Origin: Acidobacteriota bacterium
GTDB taxonomy: Bacteria > Acidobacteriota > Thermoanaerobaculia > Multivoradales > JBCCEF01
Assembly (NCBI GenBank): GCA_039030395.1
Contig: JBCCEF010000001.1
Location: 417,315 to 481,314, forward strand
Direction of reading: 5' to 3'
DNA: 64,000 bases
Shown here in pieces: positions 1 to 13,687 of this stretch (position 1 is the first letter of the stretch; each line of letters starts with the position of its first letter). A program made the translations under genes and the position numbers. The notes beneath the pieces were generated by a model. The model made no database searches. It was not told the origin of the DNA and saw only the letters and a program-made list of their open reading frames with translations.

Positions 1-323
1 TCGCCGCCACCCTCATGCGGCGGGTCCTGGTGGACTACTCCCGCCGCCGCTCGGCGGCCAAGCGCGGCGGTGGCGGGCAACCGGTCACCCTCGCCGAGAT
101 CGACCTCCCGAGCCAGCCGCCCCCCAGCGTCGAAGCCCTTGACGACGCGCTGCGCGCTCTGGCGGATCTCGATCCGCGCAAGGCCCAGGTAGTCGAGCTG
201 CGCTTCTTCGGCGGCATGACCATCGACGAAACGGCGACCTATCTGGACATTTCCCACGCCACCGTCGAACGCGACCTGAAGGTCGCCAAGGCGTGGCTAT
301 CGAGGGAGATGCATCCTGCCTGA
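1..323 (+). CDS. ECF-type RNA polymerase sigma factor, C-terminal part (5' end outside window)
   Basis: ORF 15..323 runs off the window start. It shows a sigma-70 region 4 helix-turn-helix (RFFGGMTIDETATYLDISHATVERDLKVAKAWL). It lies immediately upstream of a Ser/Thr kinase, an arrangement typical of STK-associated ECF families. Confidence 0.65.
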   Translation, partial: AATLMRRVLVDYSRRRSAAKRGGGGQPVTLAEIDLPSQPPPSVEALDDALRALADLDPRKAQVVELRFFGGMTIDETATYLDISHATVERDLKVAKAWLSREMHPA

Positions 324-330
324 GGAACCC

Positions 331-2970
<2,640 letters not shown>

Positions 2971-2985
<15 letters not shown>

Positions 2986-3555
2986 CTCCTCGGCAGTGTC
3001 GATGGCGAGGGCGAAGAAGAGATCTTCCTGGACCCAAAACTCGATCACCGTTCCTTCGCGCGGACGGCGTTGGCCAGCGAGCGGGTCGAGAGTCTCGGAG
3101 CGCTCCGTGACGTACAGAGTGGCCCGCTTCCCACGCCCATCGACCAGCTTCACCTGTGCCGCGAGCTGCGCCTGAATGGAGCAATAGCGCCCCCCGAGGA
3201 GTCCGAATCCGGCCAGACGGTTCCCCGGTGCCCGCGGACCTTCGAGGGTAAAGGGCAGCCGGTCGAGGCCTTGATCGAGAGCCGCCCAGGTGGTCGCCTC
3301 GAAGTCCGAGGCGAGATTCTTCTGGTGGTTGAGGAGCACTTCGGCGGCCACCGCATCCGCCCGGTCAATCCCCGGGAACCACCACAGCAGACTGGTGACC
3401 ACAGCGGTCACCGCGGCGGCTGCGGCCAACCGGAGAACGCGACGGCGGCGCCGACTTCGGCCGCCCCTTACCATGGCAGCGAGTCGCTCGTCGTCGAGCT
3501 TCTGGACGCGGTAATAGCGGCGCACCTGATGGTCTATCGACTGCCGCTCCTTCAT
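2971..3555 (-). CDS. Putative membrane-anchored anti-sigma factor
   Basis: 194 aa. Its start overlaps the stop of the upstream ECF sigma gene by 4 nt (ATGA). It has an Arg-rich cytoplasmic N-terminus, a single TM helix (LAAAAAVTAVVTSLLWWF) and a C-terminal extracytoplasmic domain. No recognisable zinc-binding anti-sigma motif is present. Confidence 0.45.
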
Positions 3556-4016
3556 CGCGCCTCCCCTCGCATCGGTGAATCGGCAGCCGCTGACAGCTTG
3601 CGACGGGCGCGGAACAACAAGCTGAGCACAGTCCCCCGACTCTGCTCCGTCAGAGTCGCAATCTCAGCCGCCGTCCAGCCTTCAACCACCTGCAGGAAGA
3701 GGGCCTCCCGTTCGGCCCCTCGCAGGCTCGCGAGATGGCGTTCGAGGTCGACCCGCGCCAGAACCGGCACCGCGAAGGATTCCGGTTCCTCGACAGCCTC
3801 CTCGAGGGGCACGAACTCAACCACCCGGTCGCGGCGATAGCGATCGATGAACAGGTGGCGCAGGGTCGGGAACAACGCCGCCAGACGACGACCTTTGCCG
3901 TACCGCTGGTAGATCTGCAGCCAGGCTTGCTGCACGAGGTCTTCCGCCTCAGCAGGCTCTCCACACAGGGAAAGTGCATAGCGGTAGCCTCGCTGCAACA
4001 AATCCTGGTCGTTCAT
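3552..4016 (-). CDS. ECF-family RNA polymerase sigma-70 factor
   Basis: 154 aa. Region 2 (LVQQAWLQIYQRY, FIDRYRRDR) and region 4 HTH (REALFLQVVEGWTAAEIATLTEQSRGTVLSLLFRARRKL) are both present. Confidence 0.85.
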   Translation of the reverse strand: MNDQDLLQRGYRYALSLCGEPAEAEDLVQQAWLQIYQRYGKGRRLAALFPTLRHLFIDRYRRDRVVEFVPLEEAVEEPESFAVPVLARVDLERHLASLRGAEREALFLQVVEGWTAAEIATLTEQSRGTVLSLLFRARRKLSAAADSPMRGEAR

Positions 4017-4076
4017 CGTGCGTGTTCCCCTGTGTCCAACACGGTCAGAGCGTTGCCGCAGATTACGGAATCGTGG

Positions 4077-4478
4077 CTAGCTCGCCTCGAGCTGGCGCAG
4101 CAGCTCGGCACCCATCTCCTTGATCGACTGATCTGCTGTCAGCTTGACCAGCGGCTTGCGGGTCGCGCCGTCGAGCAGCAGAACAAAACCGGTACCGGGG
4201 TGCGCCGCATAGGCGTCCCCAAATCCAAGGGCCGCGGCCAAAAACTCCGCCTGGGCGCGGGTGGTGCCATTGGTCAGATCGAGGGTTACAAAGAGCACCG
4301 ACTTGCCGTCGTACTTGTTGCTCAGATCCTCGAACAGTGGTCCCATCTTCTTGCAGCTACCGCACCAATCGGCATGGAATTTGACCGCCACAAGCTTGGG
4401 CTCAGCCGGTCCATCGGCCGCGCCTACCGGGACTGCAGCCACCAGCAACAAGAGGGAAAGAAGAATCGATTTAGCCAT
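4077..4478 (-). CDS. Secreted thioredoxin-like protein
   Basis: Signal peptide MAKSILLSLLLLVAAVPVGAADG, then the thioredoxin active-site motif WCGSC. ORF 4077..4559 was trimmed to the internal ATG at 4478, which precedes the signal peptide. It lies 60 nt upstream, on the same strand, of the ECF sigma and anti-sigma pair. Confidence 0.7.
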   Translation of the reverse strand: MAKSILLSLLLLVAAVPVGAADGPAEPKLVAVKFHADWCGSCKKMGPLFEDLSNKYDGKSVLFVTLDLTNGTTRAQAEFLAAALGFGDAYAAHPGTGFVLLLDGATRKPLVKLTADQSIKEMGAELLRQLEAS

Positions 4479-4732
4479 GACAGCCTCCTGGCAATGCCGA
4501 GTTGGGCGAGGGATGATCCCCTCTTCGGCAAAACGAACCGAGGCGCCGTTTGATTGCAAGATACCGCTGCCGCAAGATCTTCACAGGAAGCAGCTCGTGT
4601 TTGGCCAGACGGTAGAGGGCACCGCGGACCGAGAGGGCTTGGAAATGGAGCGATAGGCCATGCACTAGGTCCTCAGTTGATGGCATCTGCGGTCCAGCAG
4701 ATCGCTCACCGATTCCTACAGATTCCACCGAA

Positions 4733-5185
4733 TCAAGGGGGTGATCCGTCGTCCATCACCACTTCACGCCATGCCATAGAGTCCCCCGCGAAATGAGGCG
4801 CCAGGGTCACCACCATCGCAGCGGTGGCGACCAGCACCAGAGCGGCGGCGAGGTAGGGGATGGGGTGGCGACGGTGGGCGCGATAACCGAGCCACAGCGC
4901 GAAGATCGCCATCAAGTGGACGAGGCACAGGACTTTCGCCACCGAGACCAGCGGCAAGGGTTCGAGAGCCACCAAGCCGAAGTGATCGACCGTCCAGGGC
5001 AAAACCGCCCGCAGCCATAGAGCCACCAGAATCTCGACACCGGCCAGAATCCAAACTCCCGAGAGCCAAGTCATTCTCCTGCGCTCCAGCAGGCGTCTCT
5101 TTTTCGCGCTCCATCGGACCCCTAGCGAAGAACTCTTCGGCATGGAGGGATCGACAAAGGGCTCGAGGATGGCGTGATCGGTCAT
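4733..5185 (-). CDS. Hypothetical integral membrane protein
   Basis: 150-aa ORF with 3-4 predicted hydrophobic helices (WLSGVWILAGVEILVALWL; VLCLVHLMAIFALWLGY; AAALVLVATAAMVVTLA). It is transcribed divergently from the peroxidase gene. No recognisable domain. Confidence 0.4.
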   Translation of the reverse strand: MTDHAILEPFVDPSMPKSSSLGVRWSAKKRRLLERRRMTWLSGVWILAGVEILVALWLRAVLPWTVDHFGLVALEPLPLVSVAKVLCLVHLMAIFALWLGYRAHRRHPIPYLAAALVLVATAAMVVTLAPHFAGDSMAWREVVMDDGSPP

Positions 5186-5305
5186 GGTGCAATCCTCCGT
5201 CGATGAACTGAGTGAACCTTGAGCGTTCGGTGATTGCGCTCACCTCCCATACGGCTTCTCGCCGTCGTTTGTTCCTCGAGGCGGCTTCCGAATTGTCTCG
5301 CAATA

Positions 5306-5317
5306 TGCTAATTAGCA
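5306..5317. promoter_or_regulatory. Perfect 12-bp palindrome TGCTAATTAGCA in an AT-rich divergent promoter region
   Basis: The intergenic region 5186..5437 is markedly AT-rich (aattgtctcgcaatatgctaattagcaaataattatgaaatgaataaaat) in a ~68% GC genome. It contains a perfect dyad, TGCTAA/TTAGCA. Confidence 0.5.
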
Positions 5318-5437
5318 AATAATTATGAAATGAATAAAATATCCTTTCGGCCCGTCTGTACCGTCAGCGGCCCATCGCACAATTTCCCAGCGCCGCCGGG
5401 GCAACTTTGAGCCGATCCATCGATTCTGGGAGGATTC

Positions 5438-6880
5438 ATGAGCGACAAGCATCACGGAATGATGGCCTTCGAGGACCAGGAGCACCTTTGCCGATATCGG
5501 CGGGAGTTCGTGCCGGGCCGCTTTGCGCGGCTGCTGGCGGAGCTGCCGCCGCTCTATCTTGATCCGGAGGATCTCCACACCCTCGGCGCCAAAGGCGGGC
5601 CGATGGAGGACAAGGGGGCTCCCAATCTCACCAAAACGGTGCCCGCCGGCCTGATCTTCTTCGGGCAGTTCTTGGATCACGACATCACACTGGACGTCAC
5701 CTCCTCGCTGACCGGGATCCACGACCCCACCAAGATCGAGAATGTGCGCACGCCCACTCTCGATCTCGACGGCATCTACGGCGACGGCCCGAAGGCTTCG
5801 CCGCATCTCTACAACGGCGCCGGCAAGCTGTTGACCGGCGAGGACTATGCCGAGCCGATCAATCCCAACGACCTGGCGCGCCAGGATCTGCCCCGAACAC
5901 CCACCGGCACGGCGATCATCGGCGATCCGCGCAACGACGAAAACCGCGTGGTGTCACAGCTCCAGCTCGGCTTTCTGCGCCTCCACAACAAGGTGGTGGA
6001 GGCGATCTCGGACAAGTACTCCGGCGCGGAGCTGTTCGAGGAGGCGCGGCGGATCGTCACCTGGCACTACCACTGGGTGGTGCTGTTCGATTTCCTGCCG
6101 GCGATCTGTGGCGACTGGATCGTCGACGACATCTTGTCCAACGGCCGCAAGATTTATCGCCCGGCCCAGTGCAACGCCTTGCCCTTCATCCCCATCGAGT
6201 TCTCCGTCGCCGCCTACGGCTTCGGCTACACCATGGTGCCACCGAAGATGCGGGTGCAGACGAACGGGCCGCAGCACAACCTCTTCGGTCCGGTTCTCGG
6301 CGGCGGATTCCGGCCGGTCCTGAGCAAAGACGAGGTGGTCGAGTGGGCGGCGCTGCTCGACGATCGGAGCGGCAGCGACAGCTTCGAGCGCGCCGGCAAG
6401 GTGGAACCAAAGCTCGCCAGTTCGCTCCTCGATCTGCCCTTCATGCCGCCCACGACCCCGCCCTTCCTGCGCTCCCTCGCCACCCGCAACCTGCTCCTCG
6501 GCCAGAGTTTCCTGCTGCCCTCCGGCGAGCAGGTGGCGCGGCACCTGCGCGAAGGCGGCGCCGACGAGGTGGAAGAGGACGGCATCGAGGAGGTGCGCAA
6601 GCGGGCCGAGGCCATGGGGCTTCCGAAGGCCACCCCGCTATGGATCTACTGCCTCATCGAAGGCCGCTGGATCGGCCGCCAGCGCAACGCCGGCGCAGCG
6701 GAGAAAGGCGAAGGCCTCGGACCGGTGGGCGCCCGTCTGGTGGCGGAGACCCTCATCGGCCTGATGGAGGAGGATCCGCGGTCATTCCTCAGCTCGAACC
6801 GTAGCTGGTCACCGGCGGAAGAGGCGCACAACCTCGGCGCCGAGGGCGTCGACAACCTCTACCGATTGCTGACCTTCTAG
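5438..6880 (+). CDS. Haem peroxidase of the animal-peroxidase (peroxidase-cyclooxygenase) superfamily
   Basis: 480 aa. It carries the distal-His signature FGQFLDHDITLD and the proximal-His region LRLHNKVV (compare REHN in animal peroxidases). An RBS-like run, gggagga, sits upstream. Confidence 0.75.
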   Translation: MSDKHHGMMAFEDQEHLCRYRREFVPGRFARLLAELPPLYLDPEDLHTLGAKGGPMEDKGAPNLTKTVPAGLIFFGQFLDHDITLDVTSSLTGIHDPTKIENVRTPTLDLDGIYGDGPKASPHLYNGAGKLLTGEDYAEPINPNDLARQDLPRTPTGTAIIGDPRNDENRVVSQLQLGFLRLHNKVVEAISDKYSGAELFEEARRIVTWHYHWVVLFDFLPAICGDWIVDDILSNGRKIYRPAQCNALPFIPIEFSVAAYGFGYTMVPPKMRVQTNGPQHNLFGPVLGGGFRPVLSKDEVVEWAALLDDRSGSDSFERAGKVEPKLASSLLDLPFMPPTTPPFLRSLATRNLLLGQSFLLPSGEQVARHLREGGADEVEEDGIEEVRKRAEAMGLPKATPLWIYCLIEGRWIGRQRNAGAAEKGEGLGPVGARLVAETLIGLMEEDPRSFLSSNRSWSPAEEAHNLGAEGVDNLYRLLTF

Positions 6881-6953
6881 CCACCCGTGTTTGGGCTGCT
6901 CGCAACGAGTCACGAAGGGCGAAGCGGCGGCGAAGCTGCCGAGGATGGGGTGA

Positions 6954-6997
6954 GCCCGAAAGACCTGCCTTTCGGGCGAGGGGGCGCCTAGCCCCCT
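6954..6997. terminator. Tandem GC-rich hairpins between convergent genes
   Basis: Hairpin 1 is gcccgaaag-acctg-cctttcgggc. Hairpin 2 is aggggg-cgcctag-ccccct. A further long imperfect hairpin at 7022..7055 overlaps the ABC-F stop codon. Confidence 0.45.
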
Positions 6998-7051
6998 GGA
7001 AAGGAAAAAGAGCTAGCTGGAGTGATGAAAAGATCGGCGAAGCCGTCTTCA

Positions 7052-8977
7052 TCACCCTGCTAGCTCCTCCAGCTCGGCCCATCGCTCATAGAGGCGTTCG
7101 AGCTCCGGCTCAATCTCAGCCAGGCGGTTCTGGAGGGCGGTAACGCGATCGCCGCCTTCTTTGTAGGTCTCAGGGCTCGCCAGATCGGCGTGGATCTGGC
7201 GCTGTTCCTGCTCCAGCGCCTCGATGCGGGCCGGCGCCGTGGCGAGGTCTTCGCGCTCGCGATTGCTCAGCTTGCGTCGCCCGCCGGGCGGCGGCCCCGG
7301 CGGACGGGCGGCGGTCTTTTCCGCAGGTTTCGCCTCCACCACCTGCGGCGCCCGCTGGCGCAGCCAATCGCTGTAGCCGCCGGCGTACTCCCCCACCCGG
7401 CCGTCGCCCTCCATCACCAGAGTGCTGGTGACCACGTTGTCTAGGAAAGCGCGGTCGTGACTCACCACCAACAGGGTGCCCGAAAATTCCACCAGCAGGG
7501 CTTCGAGCAGCTCCAGCGTCTCGATGTCGAGGTCGTTGGTCGGCTCGTCGAGCACCAGGACGTTGGCCGGCCGGGTGAAAAGGCGCGCCAGCAGCAACCG
7601 GTTGCGCTCGCCGCCGGAGAGTGCCTTGACCGGCCCACGAGTTTGCTCCGGAGTGAATAGAAAATCCGCCAGATAGCTGATGATGTGCCGTGTCTTGCCG
7701 CCAACGGTGACCTTGTCGCTTCCCTCGGCGACGTTGTCCGCCACGCTTTCCTCGTCGTCGAGCTGTTCGCGATGCTGGTCGAAGTAGGCCACGTCGAGGC
7801 GGGTACCCCGCCGCACCCGGCCGGTGGCCGGCTCGAGGTCGCCCAGCAGCAGCTTCAGCAGGGTGCTCTTGCCGGAGCCGTTGGGGCCGAGAATCCCCAC
7901 CTTGTCGCCGGAGAGGATGGTGGTGGAGACATCACGCACCACCGGCTCGGCGGTTGCGCCGGAGCCGTAGGTAAAGGTCACGCCCTCCGCCTCGAAGACG
8001 ATCTTGCCGGAGCGGCCGCCGGCCTCCACCCGTAGACGCGCCGTGCCGGTCGTCGCGCGGCGCGCCCGACGCTCTTCGCGCAGCCGTTCGAGGGCCCGCA
8101 CCCGCCCTTCGTTGCGGGTGCGCCGCGCCTTGAGGCCCTGGCGAATCCACGCTTCTTCCTGCGCCAGCTTTTTGTCGAACTTGTCGGCGTGGCGCGCCTC
8201 CACCTCCAGTCGCTGCCGACGCTGCTCCAGAAAGTGCCCCCAGTCCCCCGGTGAGTCGGTCAGCCGGCCGCGGTCGAGTTCGACGATGCGGGTCGCCAGC
8301 CGCCGCAGGAAAGCGCGGTCGTGGGTAACGAAAATCAGCGCTCCAGCAAAGGCCAACAGGCCCTCTTCGAGCCACTCGATAGCGGGAATGTCGAAGTGGT
8401 TGGTGGGCTCGTCGAGGAGCAGGACATCCGGTTCCGCCACCAGCGCGCGGGCCAGGAGCACCCGCCGCTTGAGGCCACCGGAGAGGGTCTCGAACCGGCC
8501 CGAGTGCGGTAGGTTGAGGCGGGTGATCACCGTTTTCACGCGGCGCTTGATCTCCCAGCCTCCGGCCGCCTCGAGCCGATTCTGCACCTGCTCCATGCGG
8601 TGTAAATCGCCGGCGCCGCCCTCCAGTTCGAGGCTCAGCCGGTGATACTCCGCCAGCAGGGCGCCCAACTCCGCCACGCCGGAGGCCACCAGTTCGTAGA
8701 TCTCACCGGTCAGGTCCTGCGGCACCTCCTGGGTCAGGCGGGCGACCCGCAGCCCGGCGGTCCGCAGCACCTCGCCTTCGTCCGGCGGCAGCTCCTCGGC
8801 CAACACCTTGAGCAAGGTGGACTTGCCCGAACCGTTCCGGCCCACCAGGGCGATCCGCTCGCCGACCTCGGCGTGGAAGGTCGCGCCGTCGAGCACCGGC
8901 GCACCGCCGAAGGCGACGGTGACTTTGCGAACCCCGATGCGCTTGGTCTCGGCCATGGCGCCGATCCTACTCGCCAC
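7052..8977 (-). CDS. ABC-F family ATPase with two ABC domains and a C-terminal coiled coil (Uup-like)
   Basis: 641 aa. Two Walker A motifs (GRNGSGKST, GPNGSGKST) and two ABC signature motifs (LSGGLKRRVLLARAL, LSGGERNRLLLARL). There is no transmembrane domain. The C-terminus is a charged coiled coil. Confidence 0.85.
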   Translation of the reverse strand: MASRIGAMAETKRIGVRKVTVAFGGAPVLDGATFHAEVGERIALVGRNGSGKSTLLKVLAEELPPDEGEVLRTAGLRVARLTQEVPQDLTGEIYELVASGVAELGALLAEYHRLSLELEGGAGDLHRMEQVQNRLEAAGGWEIKRRVKTVITRLNLPHSGRFETLSGGLKRRVLLARALVAEPDVLLLDEPTNHFDIPAIEWLEEGLLAFAGALIFVTHDRAFLRRLATRIVELDRGRLTDSPGDWGHFLEQRRQRLEVEARHADKFDKKLAQEEAWIRQGLKARRTRNEGRVRALERLREERRARRATTGTARLRVEAGGRSGKIVFEAEGVTFTYGSGATAEPVVRDVSTTILSGDKVGILGPNGSGKSTLLKLLLGDLEPATGRVRRGTRLDVAYFDQHREQLDDEESVADNVAEGSDKVTVGGKTRHIISYLADFLFTPEQTRGPVKALSGGERNRLLLARLFTRPANVLVLDEPTNDLDIETLELLEALLVEFSGTLLVVSHDRAFLDNVVTSTLVMEGDGRVGEYAGGYSDWLRQRAPQVVEAKPAEKTAARPPGPPPGGRRKLSNREREDLATAPARIEALEQEQRQIHADLASPETYKEGGDRVTALQNRLAEIEPELERLYERWAELEELAG

Positions 8978-9102
8978 TCGCTCTCCGGTGATGCACGCGT
9001 GAACTCCATCGGTGGCGACTGCGCCGGAAGAACATCGCCATTCCTCAATGGACTGCTAGGCTTCGGCCCTGCGGCGGATCCCTCCGCCCGGAGGGCCGAG
9101 CG

Positions 9103-10230
9103 ATGAATCAGGAAAACGCAGGACCCGGCGCGACAGCCTCTTCGACTCCCGGCTCCGAACCGGATCTGGCACCGGTCCGGCAGCGCCTGGCGGAGATCGA
9201 CCGCGAGTTGATCCGCCTGGCCGCCGAGCGGGTGCGACTGTCCGGCGAAGTGGCGGCGATCAAGCGCGCCGCCGGCCGGGCGACGGTGGACTACCGCCAA
9301 GAGAAGAAGGTCCTGGAGCGGGCCACCTCGGAGGCTCGACGGCAGGGTCTCGCCACCGAGGTGGCAGAGGATCTCGTGCTGCGGCTGATCGAAGCCTCGG
9401 TCACCGCCCAGGAAGAAGACAATCTGCGCACCGCCGCCACCGGCGCCGGCCGCATCGCAGTGCTGGTGGGCGGCGCCGGCCGCATGGGCCGCTGGATGAG
9501 CCGCTTTCTACAGGCCCAGGGCTTCGCCACCTGGGCGATCGATCCGGCGGCCCATGCGGAAGAGGACGCCCGCGGCCGGGAGCTGCTGCCGCTGGCGGAT
9601 CTGGTGGTGTGTGCGGCGCCGCCGCGGGTGGCCGTGGAGTGGTACCGCCAGTGGACCGAGGAGCCGCCGCGCGGCCTGGTGGTGGACATCGCCTCGATCA
9701 AGACCCCCCTCATCGAGCCCATCCGCCGACTCCAGCAGGCCGGCGCCCGGGTGGCCTCCCTCCACCCGATGTTCGGGCCGTCGCGCACTCTCCTGCGCGG
9801 CGCCGATGTGGTGATCTGCGACACCGGCGACGAGGAGGCGACGGACCAGGTGTCGGCGCTCTTCGCTCCCACCACCGCCCATCGGGTGCGTTTGCCGCTG
9901 GACGAGCATGACCGATTGATGGGCGACCTCCTCTCCCTCTCCCACGCCGCCGCCATCGCCTTCGCCCTCGCCCTGCCGGAGGACGACCATCCGGTGAAGA
10001 GCACTACCTTCCAGGCCTTCGAGGCCCTCGCCTCGGAAGTGGTGCGGGAGAGCCCGGAGGTGTATTTCGAGATCCAGGCGGACAACCCGCACTCCACCGT
10101 CGCCGTCGAGCGCCTGGCGCAGGCGGTAGCGCGCATCGTCGAGGTGGTGCGCGCGCGCGACGCTGGAGCCTTCACCGAGCTGATGTCCGAAGGGCGCCGC
10201 CACACCCGTCCGGCTCCGCCGACGCAATGA
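9103..10230 (+). CDS. tyrA: Bifunctional chorismate mutase / prephenate dehydrogenase
   Basis: 375 aa. An N-terminal AroQ-type chorismate mutase helix (LAPVRQRLAEIDRELIRLAAERVRLSGEVAAIKR) is followed by an NAD-binding Rossmann fold (IAVLVGGAGRMGRWMSRFL) and a prephenate dehydrogenase body. Confidence 0.75.
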   Translation: MNQENAGPGATASSTPGSEPDLAPVRQRLAEIDRELIRLAAERVRLSGEVAAIKRAAGRATVDYRQEKKVLERATSEARRQGLATEVAEDLVLRLIEASVTAQEEDNLRTAATGAGRIAVLVGGAGRMGRWMSRFLQAQGFATWAIDPAAHAEEDARGRELLPLADLVVCAAPPRVAVEWYRQWTEEPPRGLVVDIASIKTPLIEPIRRLQQAGARVASLHPMFGPSRTLLRGADVVICDTGDEEATDQVSALFAPTTAHRVRLPLDEHDRLMGDLLSLSHAAAIAFALALPEDDHPVKSTTFQAFEALASEVVRESPEVYFEIQADNPHSTVAVERLAQAVARIVEVVRARDAGAFTELMSEGRRHTRPAPPTQ

Positions 10231-10269
10231 ACGGACCCTTGATAGGCTCCCCCTCGGCTTCGACAGCGT

Positions 10270-11901
<1,632 letters not shown>

Positions 11902-11903
<2 letters not shown>

Positions 11904-11956
11904 AAAAGGCCTGGACCGATCCGGCTGGAGCCGGCGAGGGAGAGGCCATTTTTTTC
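11902..11956 (+). terminator. Putative terminator after thiC
   Basis: A GC hairpin, ccggc-tgga-gccgg, lies inside an A-run...T-run context (taaaaaaggcc...ggccattttttt) directly after the thiC stop codon. Confidence 0.4.
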
Positions 11957-12208
11957 CGCCTCGGTTTTCAGGACTCCCCCGCCGGACGATGCCCACTGGC
12001 GCGGGACTAAATCACGGGCTCTCCCGTAGAGCGAAGTAGGACGCTTCACTAGCGAGAAGGTCGAACGGCATCCTGTGGGCCGAAACGTCTCGGAATATGT
12101 TTCATCCCGGAGACGTTTCCGAGATCGAATCAACACCCAACAGGCTCGTTCCGAGACATCGAACGGCCCAACAACCAGTGACGCGGCCACCGCGTCCGGG
12201 AGAACAGC

Positions 12209-12937
12209 ATGAAGAAACTGTTGAGTGCCCTCGTTTGCTTTCTGTTAACCGCCCCGCTGTTCGCCACAGCTCCGGATCCATCGGTCGATCACAGGGTCGC
12301 CCAATGGCAGCAGACCATCGAACGGGCCAAGGAATCCATCCGCGCCGGCAAGTACCGAAAGGCGGACCAAACCCTCGGGCAGACCATCGATGAAGTCTGC
12401 AACGCACTGACCGGCGGCGACGAGGCGAGCCGAATGATCGGCCTGCTGCTCACGCTGCGGGCGCTGGCGGAGGCCGGGCAGGATCAGCAGACGGACGCCC
12501 TGTGGTCCTGGCACCTCGCCCAGCAGTTCGAGCCCAACCTGGCGCGGGTGGACCTGTCCGAGTTCGGCTCCCCCAGCGAACTGCTGTCACAGCACCGAAT
12601 CGTGCCGACGGAGGAATCCGAAGGCGAGAGCGACGAGAGCGCCAACGAGGAGGCGCAGGAGGTGAGGGAGTTCACGCCCCCCAAGGTGAGCAAGGCACCG
12701 GTCAAGTTCCCACGCGGCGCCCGGTGGGATCAGCAGGCCGGTCAGGTGATGGTCCTGGTGACGATCGAGGAGGACGGCGCGTTGTCCAATCCGAAGATTC
12801 TCGAGAGTCTGCCGAATCCCGCCCTCACCCTGAACGCCCTCGAGGCGATGAAGGCGACATGGGGCTTCAAGCCGGCTGAAGTCGACGGCAAACCCGTCGC
12901 CTCGTACTACAACCTCCAGGTCAACTACATTCCCTGA
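12209..12937 (+). CDS. Secreted protein with a TonB C-terminal-like domain
   Basis: Signal peptide MKKLLSALVCFLLTAPLFATAPD. The C-terminal ~90 aa match the TonB C-terminal domain pattern (VMVLVTIEEDGALSNPKILESL...ALEAMKATWGFKPAEVDGKPVASYYNLQVNY). It is a paralogue of 54555..55265. Confidence 0.6.
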   Translation: MKKLLSALVCFLLTAPLFATAPDPSVDHRVAQWQQTIERAKESIRAGKYRKADQTLGQTIDEVCNALTGGDEASRMIGLLLTLRALAEAGQDQQTDALWSWHLAQQFEPNLARVDLSEFGSPSELLSQHRIVPTEESEGESDESANEEAQEVREFTPPKVSKAPVKFPRGARWDQQAGQVMVLVTIEEDGALSNPKILESLPNPALTLNALEAMKATWGFKPAEVDGKPVASYYNLQVNYIP

Positions 12938-12984
12938 GGGGCGATTGGCCGGGTGCTGAAGGAATCCCAGCACCCGGCTGGCGC

Positions 12985-13578
12985 CTAGAAACTGAAGGCG
13001 AAGCCGGCGTTGACCGCCAGGCCGCCCAGGTCGACGTCGAACTGGTCCTCATCGATCTCGACATCCGGGAAATCGTCACGGTCGAATTCCACCGTCGCCT
13101 CGACGGTGCGGTACATCGCCTCGGCGAAAAAGCGGCCACCGGACTCGTCCCCGATCTCGAAGCCGAAGACGCCGTAATAGCCGCCCTCGTCGTCGAGCTC
13201 GCCGACGTCCGTCTCCAACAGGTAATAGCTCACCCCAGCGCCCAAATAGGGGCGCAATCCCGAGGGCCGGCCGAGATTGAAACGCAAGCCGGCCTCGACG
13301 GGAACCACCTGGATGCCGTTGTCGAGGGTCGGGTCCTCGCCGTCGAGAATCAGGTCGAAGGGATCGTCCGCCGTCTCCTCGTAATAGGTCACCCGCAGGT
13401 CGATGTCGACCGCCTGCGTCAAGCCGAAGCCAAAGCGAATACCGGCGCCGAGGTTCTCACCGGTGTCCTCCGTGTCCCAGTAGGAACCGTAGATCGAGAT
13501 GCCGCCGGCTTCGGCCGGCAAGGAAACGAAGGACAGGCCCACCAGGGCCGTGAGTGCGATCAGAAGGGTCTTTTTCAT
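12985..13578 (-). CDS. Small outer-membrane beta-barrel protein
   Basis: Signal peptide MKKTLLIALTALVGLSFVSLPAEA. The body has alternating amphipathic strands and ends in a C-terminal aromatic, AGFAFSF. Confidence 0.6.
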   Translation of the reverse strand: MKKTLLIALTALVGLSFVSLPAEAGGISIYGSYWDTEDTGENLGAGIRFGFGLTQAVDIDLRVTYYEETADDPFDLILDGEDPTLDNGIQVVPVEAGLRFNLGRPSGLRPYLGAGVSYYLLETDVGELDDEGGYYGVFGFEIGDESGGRFFAEAMYRTVEATVEFDRDDFPDVEIDEDQFDVDLGGLAVNAGFAFSF

Positions 13579-13687
13579 CGTGGGTCTCCGTTGACAGTGC
13601 GAGCGGAGTCTACCGGAAGGAACTCCGCCTTCTTCCGAGCTACAATCTTATTCGCGCAATCCTTATCACCACCCCTTCGGACTCTCC

